From contig OZ244720.1 of NCBI GenBank assembly GCA_965219085.1, forward strand, positions 1,888,001-1,952,000: 64,000 bases of DNA, written 5' to 3'. This document shows positions 19,393 to 29,600 of the stretch, one piece after another (positions within the stretch are counted from its first letter, which is position 1; each line of letters opens with the position of its first letter). Both the position numbers and the translations under genes were made by a program. The notes beneath the pieces are model-generated. The model was given only the letters and a program-made list of their open reading frames with translations. It was not told the origin of the DNA and searched no databases. This DNA is from Dehalococcoidia bacterium (GTDB lineage Bacteria > Chloroflexota > Dehalococcoidia > UBA2979).

Positions 19393-21129
19393 TCACGCGG
19401 GGCGGTACTCAAGGAGCGACGACCGGCCAGTGATTGCGGCTACGCGCACGAGCAACCCGTGGCCGTTCGCGTCCGTCAAGCGCAACTCCTCCTCACCCGG
19501 AACGAACCGGACTGGCTGCTGTCGCCCACCGTTGATGGCGATGTTCGAGGCGTAAAGGTACGTCCTGCCGCTCGTGTCGAGGATCGGGTTGAGGCGACCC
19601 GAGAGGCCGGGGATGTGGCCAGTTCCCTCCGGGAACACGATCGATCCGCCGCCTGGGAGCACAACGAGTTCGACTGCAAGCGACCGTTCCGACGGGATCC
19701 AGTCCCGCTCCACATGCGCGGCGCAGCCTTCCGCCGCGACATACACGGTCATCGGCAGGTGCACCGAGTGCAGATCGAGGCGCGCCTCGCCGCCGCCATC
19801 GGTTGAGGCGCGCCTCCACGTGTTGTTCGGGAAGAGCGCGAGCACGTCGGCACCCGCAAGCAACAGTCCGTCCCGGCGAACCGCGATGACGACGCTTGCC
19901 GGTCCGGAGTCGGGCTCGGCGGCCGGCGGCGTGAGAGAGAGCCCGGAGCCATCGATGAGCCGGAACTCCGGCTCCCTGCCGGTTAGTTCGCGTGTCTCGC
20001 GGCGGATGATCGGCACGCCGTCGCCGCGGCGCTCCATGAAGTAGCGTCTGCCCCAGGCACCCTCCACTGAGCCCGCGTCGATGCGGCCGAGCACCGAGGT
20101 CAGCACCCCGTTCCGCGTCGACTGCCGCTCACCCATGCTCTCGATCGTGAGGTTGTTCGGGAGCGAGCCTGGCGAGCAGAGTTCGAGCCGGTCGGAGAAG
20201 ATCGACAGCCTGATGCGGCTCCCGCGGATCGAGTAGTCACGGTGCACCACCGCATTCACGATCGCCTCGAAGAGCGCCTGCGTGCTGTACTCGGGCAGGT
20301 TCTCACGGGCGGGCGCCTTGCGCGCCCCGACGTGCATGTTGTGCACGGCGAAGGCAAGCGCCTGCGTGATCTGGCCGTCGGTCGGCCCCGTGATTTCCTG
20401 CGCGTCGACCTGGCCCGACGCGCGGTCCGCGCCCCGGTAGCGGACGGCGGTGATCACGGCGTTCGGTAGGAACCGCTCCGGGTGAGCCGTGCAGACCAGT
20501 ACACCGGCCACGGTCGCGCGCGTCACGCCATGCTCGTCAGTCGCGAGCAGGCCGAGCTTCTCCAGCGCAACTTCTGGATCAACGAGGCCTTCGGCGCTGA
20601 GGAGCGGCTTCCACAGCTCCTCGTCGAGGGTCGCGAACCCGGTTTCGCCCACTGTCTGCTCGTCGAAGCTGGGGTATCGGACCAGGCCGCGCTGCTGCGC
20701 CAGTCGCACCCGCTCGTCGCGCGTTATCGGCTGCTTCGCACTACCGACGCGGACGTAGCGGCCACTCGGACTGTCGTGCTGCGCGTGTCCTTCGGGGACC
20801 GTGACCAGTAGGAGGGAGCGTCCGTCCAACTCCAGGCGGTACGCCTCCACCCGGATCGCCGGCTTGATGGAGTCCCTCGCGATCTCCCCGACGAGGCGCT
20901 CCACCGCGTCGAGACGCTCGCGGGACATGCCCGGCACATCGCCCGCGTCCGTGACGCCGAAGAGCAGGATACCGCCGCTCGCGTTGGCGAAGGCACCAAC
21001 CTCGTCGGCCCAGTCGTCGCGGTGATCCCGGGCGGGGCGGTCGCCCCGGAACTCGACCTCCTTGAACTCCCACCCACTGTCCTCGCCCTGACGCAGTCGG
21101 CTCCGGATTTCGTCGTCACTGTAGGGCAT
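19393..21129 (-). CDS. Schlafen/AlbA_2 domain + HATPase_c_4-type protein with extra C-terminal beta-rich domain
   Basis: GEDSGWEFKE...VGAFANASGGILLFGVTD (AlbA_2); EAIVNAVVHRDYS...DRLELCSPG...MERRGDG (ATP-binding RecG-C-like); ATG at 21129. Confidence 0.8.
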   Translation of the reverse strand: MPYSDDEIRSRLRQGEDSGWEFKEVEFRGDRPARDHRDDWADEVGAFANASGGILLFGVTDAGDVPGMSRERLDAVERLVGEIARDSIKPAIRVEAYRLELDGRSLLLVTVPEGHAQHDSPSGRYVRVGSAKQPITRDERVRLAQQRGLVRYPSFDEQTVGETGFATLDEELWKPLLSAEGLVDPEVALEKLGLLATDEHGVTRATVAGVLVCTAHPERFLPNAVITAVRYRGADRASGQVDAQEITGPTDGQITQALAFAVHNMHVGARKAPARENLPEYSTQALFEAIVNAVVHRDYSIRGSRIRLSIFSDRLELCSPGSLPNNLTIESMGERQSTRNGVLTSVLGRIDAGSVEGAWGRRYFMERRGDGVPIIRRETRELTGREPEFRLIDGSGLSLTPPAAEPDSGPASVVIAVRRDGLLLAGADVLALFPNNTWRRASTDGGGEARLDLHSVHLPMTVYVAAEGCAAHVERDWIPSERSLAVELVVLPGGGSIVFPEGTGHIPGLSGRLNPILDTSGRTYLYASNIAINGGRQQPVRFVPGEEELRLTDANGHGLLVRVAAITGRSSLLEYRPA

Positions 21130-21344
21130 CGTCGTCGCTGGCTCAGCCTGTTCCGAGGCCACGGCGGTTCCTCATGCCTCCGTGCAGGACTGGACAACCC
21201 CGACATCCCAGCAGGGCCGGTCACCGCCCGTGGTGTAGACGGAGGCGAGAAGCGGCGGATTCGACTGGCGCATGGTCATTTTACTTTGCGCCGAGGAGCC
21301 CCGATCGATCGGCGGGTCGGCGGCGGCGGAGCCTGGCTGACGCG

Positions 21345-21572
21345 GGTCTCGCAACTGGCGCAGCGATCCGCGCCCAACATCCACCCCTGGAACCAGAACG
21401 TCATCTTCTCGATCAACCGCCTGATGAAGGAAATCGACTGGGAGCCAGAGTACACTTTCCGCTCCGCGTCGAGCAGACCTTCGAGTGGTTCATGAACGAG
21501 CGCATGGACAAGACGCTGGAGCTCGACTGCTCGCTCGAGGACCTGCTGCTGGAGCGCATCCGCGGCGGCTAG
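21345..21572 (+). pseudogene. C-terminal remnant of an NAD-dependent epimerase/dehydratase-like gene
   Basis: FSINRLMKEIDWEPEYTF / VEQTFEWFMNE...LEDLLLERIRGG* across a frameshift; no 5' part. Confidence 0.4.
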
Positions 21573-21580
21573 CGTTCGTC

Positions 21581-22012
21581 TCATTCCACGTCTCCCCGCT
21601 CTCGGGGTTCGATGTCGGCGCGGATTCCCTCACTGATGCGGTCCGTCTCAGCCTGGACGTCTTCGATGCGCCGGAGCGCGTCCGCCTTCGGCAGCTCCAG
21701 CAGCCCCTCCAGACCCTCGCAGAGGGCGTCGAACCGCTGCCATTCCGCCGCCTCGAACCCCTCCGGAGCAAGCTCCCCGCCCGACGTGACCCACGAGCAC
21801 ATGGCGAAGGCGCCTCTTTCGGTATCAAGCGCCTCGTCTCAGTTGTCCTGCTCGACGCACTCCTTCAGGTCGTCCAGGCGCGCGTCGAAGCGTCGTGCGA
21901 GCGTCTCGGAGTCGGCGATCCAGTCCTCGACGTCGGGCAACAACCGCGCGCACCCAGTCAGCGCCAGTACGGCGAGGAATGCGACCGCGATGAGCAGGAC
22001 GGTCCGAATCAC
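21581..22012 (-). pseudogene. Small lipoprotein with in-frame TGA
   Basis: VIRTVLLIAVAFLAVLALTGC lipobox; TGA at 21839-21841; the same frame continues to the stop at 21581. Confidence 0.55.
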
Positions 22013-22119
22013 CCCAGCAGCCGCTTCATCGTCGCGCAGCTCTCGCCCACCATCGCGATTGCGTCCGTGTCGTGATCTTCGTTCACCAGGCGGGTCGTTC
22101 CTACCTCTCTCACAAGGGC

Positions 22120-22345
22120 GGCACTGCTGCCGCTGCTCGATGTGGTCGGCGAAGTGACCGCCCGCATCGCCGCCGCCGAGCGGGAGATCGAGGCGCTGTG
22201 CCGGTCTACCCCGAGACGGCGGCGCTGCGCCAGGTCGCCGGCGTGGGTCCCATCACCGCGCTCACGTTCGTGCTGACGGTGGAGGATCCCGCGCAACCGC
22301 GAGGTGGCTGCCTACCTCGGGCTCGTGCCGAGGCAGCGCTTCCCG
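22120..22345 (+). mobile_element. IS110-family transposase remnant
   Basis: YPETAALRQVAGVGPITALTFVLTVEDP, closely similar to the intact transposase at 49089-50177; frameshifted. Confidence 0.75.
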
Positions 22346-22361
22346 ACCCGGGGAGCAGCGG

Positions 22362-22832
22362 CTAGAGCAACTCCCGCTTGAACAGTAGCCGCTCGATCCC
22401 GTACTTGCGGCTGCCCAGGACGCCGATGATGCCGGCGATCCCGAAGTAGAGGATCGGCACCTCGCCGCCGTGGGCGCCGAAGCCGCCCATGGCCGGGTAG
22501 ATGTGCGGCCACAGCTCGTTGGGGTAGTGCACATCGAAGTACGCGACCACCATCTGCACCGTCAGTGCGCCCGCGCCGAGGCGGGTGAACACACCGCTCG
22601 CGATCAGGATGGCGGCGATCACCTCCACCCACCCGGCGACATCGACCTTCCAGCCGAGCGGGTGATCCGCCGGGAAGTCCCAGAGCAGGAACGCCTTCTG
22701 CACCCCGTGGAGGCCCACGAGGAAGGCGAACAGCAGCCGGAAGCCGAGGTAGAACTCCTCGACGTACGGCAGGAGGTACTTCCCCAACAGCGAGCCGTCG
22801 CCCGCCGCTCCTGATTCATTGTCCATCTGCAT
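22362..22832 (-). CDS. DoxX-family membrane protein
   Basis: Four hydrophobic segments; HGVQK, E...LIASGVFTR..A...MVVAYF..H and GSRKYGI pattern typical of DoxX. Confidence 0.75.
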   Translation of the reverse strand: MQMDNESGAAGDGSLLGKYLLPYVEEFYLGFRLLFAFLVGLHGVQKAFLLWDFPADHPLGWKVDVAGWVEVIAAILIASGVFTRLGAGALTVQMVVAYFDVHYPNELWPHIYPAMGGFGAHGGEVPILYFGIAGIIGVLGSRKYGIERLLFKRELL

Positions 22833-23057
22833 AGCGAATCCCCTCTCGTGGCCGCACCTCGTCTCAAGCGAGGGTACGGCCGCATCTCTCCAGCCGTGGT
22901 GCGTCCCTGCCAGACCTCCGCTTCGGACGAAGGAGGCCGTCGGTCATAGGGAGCCGTCCTCTCCGTTCACCCACACGCGCCGCAGCGCCGGGACCCGCCG
23001 CCACGGCCCCTCGTGGGCCGCTCTCCAATCACTCGAGCCCTCGAACCGGAGGGGCAA

Positions 23058-23200
23058 TCATGGCAACCTACCACCTAGCCATGAAGATTCAATGGACAAT
23101 ATGTCTCTTTTGGTGGCAGTCTGGTGGCGATTCTCAGGAAACCGTATAATCGGGGCTGGTTGCTACCTAGTCACAAAGACTACGCTCAGTAACCGTTTCG
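23058..23200. promoter_or_regulatory. Conserved divergent promoter P3 (type A) between the DoxX gene and the hybrid kinase
   Basis: Minus strand TTGAAT(23092-23087)-N16-TAGGTT(23070-23065) with TG; TGGTGGC at 23111 and 23122; plus-strand TATAAT 23145-23150. Confidence 0.8.
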
Positions 23201-23252
23201 CGCGCCGAGACGCTTGAGCGCCAGGTTCGACTGCAAGAATGAGGCCTGTCAT

Positions 23253-25658
23253 ATGAGCCAGTCCGACACTCCCCGCCCTGAGACCGAGCCCCCTCGGAAC
23301 CGCCTGTCCCAACTCCGCGAGGCCAGCCTCCGCATCAACGAAAGCCTGGACTTCGACACGGTGCTCCAGGAGGTCCTGGCCTCCGCCCGTGACCTGACCA
23401 CGTCGCGCTACGGCGTGTTCATCCTCCTCGACGATGCCGGGCGAATCCGGGAATTCTTCGGCTCCGGCATGACGCCCGAGCAGGGACGGAAGCTATGGCC
23501 CGAGCCGGACCGGGTCAGGTTCTTTGATTACGTTGGCAGAATTCAGAAACCGCTGCGAGTGCGGGACTTCCACAGCCACGCCCGGACGCTGGGTCTTCCC
23601 GAGTTCCCCCCGGCCATGACGGCGAGTTCCCTCCTGTCCTTTCTGGCTGCGCCAATCTCCCACCAGGGCGAGCACTTGGGCACCATCTACCTCGACGAGA
23701 AGAAGGACGGTGAATATACCCAGGAGGACGAGGACACGCTGGTGCTGTTCGCCTCCCATGCGGCGCTGGTCACCGCCAACGCCCGCCGCTACCGGGACGA
23801 ACAGCGCGCCAGAGCGCGCCTGGAGACGCTGATCGACATCTCTCCCGTGGGCGTGGCGGTCTTCGACGCCCGGACGGGAGCGCCGCTCTCCTTCAGCCGG
23901 GAGGCGGTGCGAATCATCGAGAGCCTGCGCGATCCGGACCAATCCCCGGAGCAGCTGCTGGAGGTTGTGTCCTATCGGCGGGCCGACGGATGGAACGTTG
24001 CTCCGTTCGACATAGCTAACGAGCTGCTCGGAGGGGATACGGTGCGGGCCGAGGAGATAGTCCTGAGCGTTCCCGATGGCCGGTCGATCACCGTCCTGGT
24101 CAACGCTACTCCGTTGCGCTCGGAGGATGGCAACGAGGTGGAGACGGTGGTCGTCACCCTGCAGGACATGACGTCCCTGAATGAGTTGGATAAGCTGCGA
24201 GCCGACTTCCTGGGGATGGTGAGCCACGAGTTGCGGGCGCCCCTGACCTCCATCAAGGGTTCGGCCGACACCATGCTGGAGTCCTTCAACTCCCTGGACT
24301 CCGCCGAGATGGTGCAGTTCATCCGCATCATCAAGTCCCAGAGCGATCGGATGCGGGACCTGATCAGCGACTTGCTGGACGTGGCCCGCATCGCGACGGG
24401 CATGTTGTCGGTGACTCCCGAACCGGTGGAGTTGGGAGATCTGGTGGACGAGGCCAAGAGCACCTTCCTGACCGGGGGTGGGCGAAGAAACCTCACCATC
24501 GAGATGGAACTGGACCTGCCCCGGGTGATGGCGGACCGCCGGCGCATCGTTCAGGTCCTGTGCAACCTGCTGTCAAACGCAGCCCGGTACTCCCCTGAAT
24601 CCTCCGCCATTCGGGTCAACGCTGCGCTGGGGGACGACTGCGTCGAAATGTCCGTGGCCGACGGAGGCCAAGGCCTGTCGCCCGAGGAGATGCCGTTGCT
24701 GTTCCGAAAGTTCTCCCGGACCACAGGCCAGGGCAGGGAACGCGAGGCCCCGGACACCGGCCTCGGCCTTGCGATCTGCAAGGGGATCGTGGAGGCTCAC
24801 GGCGGCCGCATTTGGGCCGAGAGCGCCGGCGTGGGCCGGGGCTCCACGTTCACCTTCACCCTGCCGCTGGCCAGCAGCGCCGTCGCGGCCGCCGAGAGTC
24901 CCAGTCCGAGCGTCAGGTCGCAACCCGGGGCCAGAGACCAGGCGCGGATTCTGGCGGTGGACGACGACCCGACGGTCCTCCGCTATGTACGGGACGCCCT
25001 CTCCAGAGCGGGCTATACGCCGGTTGTGACTACCGATCCGGACGAGGCCCTCCGCATCGTCGAGAGCGAGCGGCCCCGCCTGGTGCTGCTGGACCTGATG
25101 CTGCCGGGCAGCGACGGCATCGAGCTGATGAAGAGCATCCTGAACATCGCCGAGGTGCCGGTGATCTTTCTTTCGGCCTATGGCGGGGACGAGACCATCG
25201 CGCGGGCCTTCGAGGCCGGGGCCTCCGACTATATGGTTAAGCCCTTCTCACCCACCGAACTGGTGGCAAGGGTCCGGGGGGCCTTGCGCCGGCGTCTGAT
25301 TTCCCCAACGGGAGAGCCGTCGGAACCCTTCGTGCTGGGCGACCTGGTCATCGACTACGGCGAACGGCGTGTGAGCGTGGCCGAGCGTGCGGTCCATCTG
25401 ACTCCCACCGAGTATGAGCTGCTCTTCGAGCTGTCGGTGAATGCCGGACGGGTGTTGACCTTCGACGCCCTGTTGCACCAGGTCTGGGGCCCTGGTCGCT
25501 CCGGCGACAGGGGGAGTGTCACCACCTACGTGAAGCGGCTCCGCCGCAAGCTGGACGAGGACGCCGCGAGCCCGAAGTATATCTTCGCCGAGCCTCGCGT
25601 CGGCTACCGCATGCCGAAGGGAGGACAACCATCAAGTGAGCCGCCAGCAAATGCCTGA
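23253..25658 (+). CDS. Soluble hybrid GAF-PAS-histidine kinase-receiver-OmpR/PhoB wHTH regulator
   Basis: H-box SHELRAPLTSIKG, N-box NLLSNAARYS, G2 TGLGLAICK, REC VDDD..LLDLMLP..KPF, wHTH LTPTEYELL..VWG..YVKRLRRKL..RVGYR; no TM segment; GAGG before ATG 23253. Confidence 0.9.
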   Translation: MSQSDTPRPETEPPRNRLSQLREASLRINESLDFDTVLQEVLASARDLTTSRYGVFILLDDAGRIREFFGSGMTPEQGRKLWPEPDRVRFFDYVGRIQKPLRVRDFHSHARTLGLPEFPPAMTASSLLSFLAAPISHQGEHLGTIYLDEKKDGEYTQEDEDTLVLFASHAALVTANARRYRDEQRARARLETLIDISPVGVAVFDARTGAPLSFSREAVRIIESLRDPDQSPEQLLEVVSYRRADGWNVAPFDIANELLGGDTVRAEEIVLSVPDGRSITVLVNATPLRSEDGNEVETVVVTLQDMTSLNELDKLRADFLGMVSHELRAPLTSIKGSADTMLESFNSLDSAEMVQFIRIIKSQSDRMRDLISDLLDVARIATGMLSVTPEPVELGDLVDEAKSTFLTGGGRRNLTIEMELDLPRVMADRRRIVQVLCNLLSNAARYSPESSAIRVNAALGDDCVEMSVADGGQGLSPEEMPLLFRKFSRTTGQGREREAPDTGLGLAICKGIVEAHGGRIWAESAGVGRGSTFTFTLPLASSAVAAAESPSPSVRSQPGARDQARILAVDDDPTVLRYVRDALSRAGYTPVVTTDPDEALRIVESERPRLVLLDLMLPGSDGIELMKSILNIAEVPVIFLSAYGGDETIARAFEAGASDYMVKPFSPTELVARVRGALRRRLISPTGEPSEPFVLGDLVIDYGERRVSVAERAVHLTPTEYELLFELSVNAGRVLTFDALLHQVWGPGRSGDRGSVTTYVKRLRRKLDEDAASPKYIFAEPRVGYRMPKGGQPSSEPPANA

Positions 25659-26000
25659 GCCGTTGTTTTCCCACCTTGACGTAAGGGTCGGACAAGATGG
25701 CTGACTCCGACTTGGCCGTCGTCACCGGCGCGCTTCCCGGAGGGAACTTCAGCCGTGAAGTCCCCTCCGAGGGACCATGAGCGCTGCCCCGACTCGCGGT
25801 GCTCGCGGGACACACGTTGCCTACCGAACTGTCCTTCCCACGGACGTTGTTTACACGGGTGAGGCAGGGACAGCCCCGCCGATACCTCCGTGCGGTCGGG
25901 CGGGTAGGCCGGGGGCGAGCCTGCGCCGACGAACGGCACCGGGCTGCACCGTAGTCGGCCGGGGCCCGAGCGCAGAAAACCCCGCACACATTGGCGGGCA

Positions 26001-26036
26001 GGGGGAGGCCACCGCAGGTGCGCGGTGGCCTCCCCC
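26001..26036 (-). terminator. Strong hairpin downstream of helicase fragment H2
   Basis: gggggaggccaccgc-N6-gcggtggcctccccc, 15-bp stem; homologous copy at 35632-35666; no clear U tract. Confidence 0.55.
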
Positions 26037-26053
26037 TGTGTCGACCGGTCTAA

Positions 26054-26620
26054 CTAACGCTCCGCGCCGACCAGTTCCCGCTCGCGCTCCCGGTCGAGCG
26101 CCCACTCGAACAGCCAGAGCGTCGGAGCTTCGTCCCGACGGCGCCGCCCGGGCTCGACCTGCTCTTTCGCCATGAACTCCGCCCACGAGAACAGCGACCG
26201 CGGCGGCTCGCCAGCGTCGTCGCGCCGGTCGTCCGCGTCCACCCCGACCGTGACGGTTTCGACGGCCACCGGCTCGGGCTCGGCCCAGCCGTCGTCGATT
26301 AGCAGCGCCTCGGCGTCAGCGGCCACCTGCTGCGCTTGCGTGAAGACCGACTCGACCGAGTCGGCGTCCTCCTCGCCGGAGACGATCCTGCGCGCGAGCG
26401 CGAGCATGAGGTCGTCGCCGTCGTCACCGAGAGCGGCGAGGCCGTCCTCGGGCAGCTCGCCCTCCACCGCCAGCGACGATTGGAGCTTCTTCGCCACGAG
26501 TTTGAGGGCATCCGCCTGGAGGGTGTTCCGGTAGGCCATGAACACGACCTGCACGGGCTGCGTCTGACCGATGCGCACGACCTGCGCGAAGCCTGCCGCA
26601 TCGTGTAGACGGAGTAGTCG
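26054..26620 (-). pseudogene. Helicase 3' fragment H2
   Basis: DYSVYTMRQASRRS (frameshift) RIGQTQPVQVVFMAYRNTLQADALKLVAKKLQSSLAVEGELPEDGL...; no 5' part. Confidence 0.75.
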
Positions 26621-26639
26621 GCCCCGGTAGCGAGAGCGA

Positions 26640-29600
26640 TCAGTTGGCCTCGGCAGGCCCATCGCTCCTCGCGACCAGCGGTGTGAGCGGGGGAAGGCCC
26701 TCGGCGAACAGCTCCTTGAACTCGCGGTTCACTAACTCCGGCGCTCCGAGGATGTAGGAGACCCACACGCCGCCGTGCAGGGCGTAGAGGGCCGTGACCT
26801 GCTGGCTCTCGGCGCACGCCTCCAGTTCCTCGACGCTGCCCCCCTCGTGGATGAGCAGGCTGAAGCCCTCGATGATGTCGCCGCGCAGGCACTCCGGCCC
26901 CGGCAACAGGGCGCCGTCGCCGCGGTTCGGGTCCGCAGATGGCGGCCCGCCGCTCTTGACGGTCAGTGGCGTCACGGGGGGCAGGCCCTCGGCGAACAGC
27001 TCCTTGAACTCGCGGTTCACTAACTCCGGCGCTCCGAGGATGTAGGAGACGTAGACGCCGCCGTGCAGTGCGTAGAGGGCCGCGACATCCCGGCTCTCCG
27101 CGCAGCTGACCAGCTCCTCGACGCTGCCGCCCTCGAAGACGACGAGGCTGAAGCCGACCGCGATGTCGCCACGCAGACAGTGTGTCCACGGCTCGGGTGT
27201 CGATTCCTGTTCGCCTTCGGCGAAGGCCACGCGGTAGGTCTTCGTGCGGCTGCCGTCGGCCGAGGTCACCGTGACGGTAATCTCAGTGACTCCGCTAAGA
27301 GCTATCTGGTGGCCGTCCGCTTCCTCGTCGGCGTCGGGCGGGTTGATGGCGATGTCCGTGCGCCGCTGCATCGCCTCAGCGAGAACGGTCGTCTCCGTCA
27401 CGCCCTCGGCTACGATGCCCTCGTATTCCGGCCGGCCGGGATCGAACTCCCCGAGGTCGACGCCGCTGAGCGTGAGCGAGGCGAGGCGGGCGTCGATCGC
27501 GTCGGGCATGTTGTAGCTGTAGACCTTGTCGTCGCTGGCGTCGGCGACGTACATCACGTCGCCGTCGGACCAGAGGCCGCGCGGGCTGTTGTTGCTGGCC
27601 CGGCTCAATATGGTGTTGGGGAACTCCTCGTCGCGGACGCGCTCGAGCTCCTTGTCGCCCTCGTCCTCCTCGTCCGCGTCCGGCTCCCCGGACAGCACGG
27701 GCAGGCGGTAGGCGAAGAGCCGCTTGGCGCCGTGGTCGGAGACCCAGACCGTGACGCCGTCGGACCAGATGCCGCGCGGGTCGTTGTTGGCTGCGTCGAG
27801 GGCGCACTCGGCGAGCAGCTCGCCGCTCTCCAGGTCGTACACGAAGACGCTGTCCTTGCCGCCGTCGAGCACATACATCCGCTCGCCGTCGGACCAGATG
27901 CCGCGGGCCTGGCGGTTGCGCGCCGCGAGTTCGATGTCGCGCTCCGCGAGGCGCTCGCCGCTCTCGAGGTCGTGGGCGAAGAGCTTGTTCTGGCCGCTGT
28001 CGGAGACCCAGAGGATCTTGATCTTGCCATCCGACCAGACGCCGCGGGGCGCGCGGTTGCGCTCGTCGAGCTCGAACTCACGGTCCTCGATGCGCTCGCC
28101 GCTCTTGAGGTCGTAGGCGTAGATCGCGTCGTCGGCGCCGTCGCCGTTCTCGAGGAGCCAGAGGATGGAGCCGTCGGACCACGAGCCCGTGGGCATGTCG
28201 TGGGTCGAGTCGAGCGACTCGATGTCGTGCTTGACCGTCCACTCGAAGTCGATGGTGCTCGGCGAGGGCCCGCCGCCGCCGCCACCGCCACCGCCGCCAC
28301 CGACGAAGCCGACGACGCCACGGGTCGTGGGAGCAGCGGTCACCGTGATGGTCACCACGATAGTGGCGTCCGAGGTGGTAGACGCGACGTACAAGGCGTT
28401 GAAGCCGTCGTGGACGGACACCGTGAAGGTGTAGCTGTCCTTCTCCGTACTGTCGAGGACGGCCTTCGTGCGGATCTGGCCGGTGGCCGCGTCGATGTCG
28501 AAGGCATTGGCGTCCGCCCCGCCGAGTGAGTAGGTGAGGACGTCACCCGTGTCCACGTCGGTCGCGCGTACGGGCGCGCCGACGCTCCGGCCTGCTGCCG
28601 TGCCTGCAGAAACGGTGCGGGTAGCTGTGGCTTCTGCGAACGTCGGCTTGGTGTTCGCCGCGGGCCTGGCGTCGCCGACAGGCGTCTGCAGCGTGGCGGA
28701 TGCCGTCTTGCCGCTGCCCAGCCTGTCCGTATAGGTGGCGGTCGCCCGCAGGTACTGGTTGGCGTCGGCGTCGGCTTCCATGTAGCTGTACGACGTTGCG
28801 CCCGTGATATCCGTCCAGCTGCTCCTGCCGTTGGGCGACCGCGCCCACTGCCAGGTCGTGCCGCTGATGGAGCCGTCGCCGTCGCTCAGGTCGGCGATGA
28901 ACTGTGTCACGTCGTCCAGCCAGCCCCGGGGCGGGGAGATGGTCACGACACCCTCTTCCTCCTCGTCCGTAACAGTGACGGTCACGGACAGCGAGCCCGG
29001 CTGGGGTTTCGTGGCGTCGTCGTCGATGGCGGAGACAGTCACCGCGTAGGTCGTCTGACCCTCGAAGTTGGGCGGCGTGCGGAAGTAGAGCTCGCCCCGG
29101 CTGGAGATCCAGAAGTCGTTGGAGAATGCCGACCTTGCCGACCATGTGAATTTGTCGCCCTCCGGGTCAGTCGCCCGGTAGCTCGCCACCATGGAGCTTG
29201 AATTCTCCTCGATCGAGGCGGTGCTGGGGCCCGTCACGACCGGCGCCTCGTTGACGTTCGTCACCGTGATGGTCACGTTCTGCGTGTCGTCGATGGCGTC
29301 CATGTCGTCGGCGCCGCTCTCGTCCTTGCCATCGCTGACTTGCACGGTGACGCGGTAGGTCCGCTTGCCCTCGTAGTCGAGTTCCACGCCCGTCGCCACC
29401 CGCAGTTGCCCGTCGCTGTCGATCTCGAACGAAGCGGCGTCCGTCCCAGTCAGGGAGTAGGTCAGCATGTCGCCCTGGTCGGGATCAACCGCCGACACGG
29501 GCGCGCCAACGTTGTCGCCCGCCGGGGTGTCCTCCGGCACGCTGCGCAGTCCGTCCTCCGTCGACAGGAAGGCGGGGTCCAGGTTGGCAACGCCGACGAC

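Noticed and set aside
21839-21841. In-frame TGA as selenocysteine or recoding
   Set aside because: No redox-motif context or evident SECIS hairpin; other genes use TGA as stop; a nonsense mutation is simpler.
25697-25735. MADSDLAVVTGA, resembling an SDR/epimerase N-terminus
   Set aside because: Too short and lacks the GxxG continuation; unsupported.
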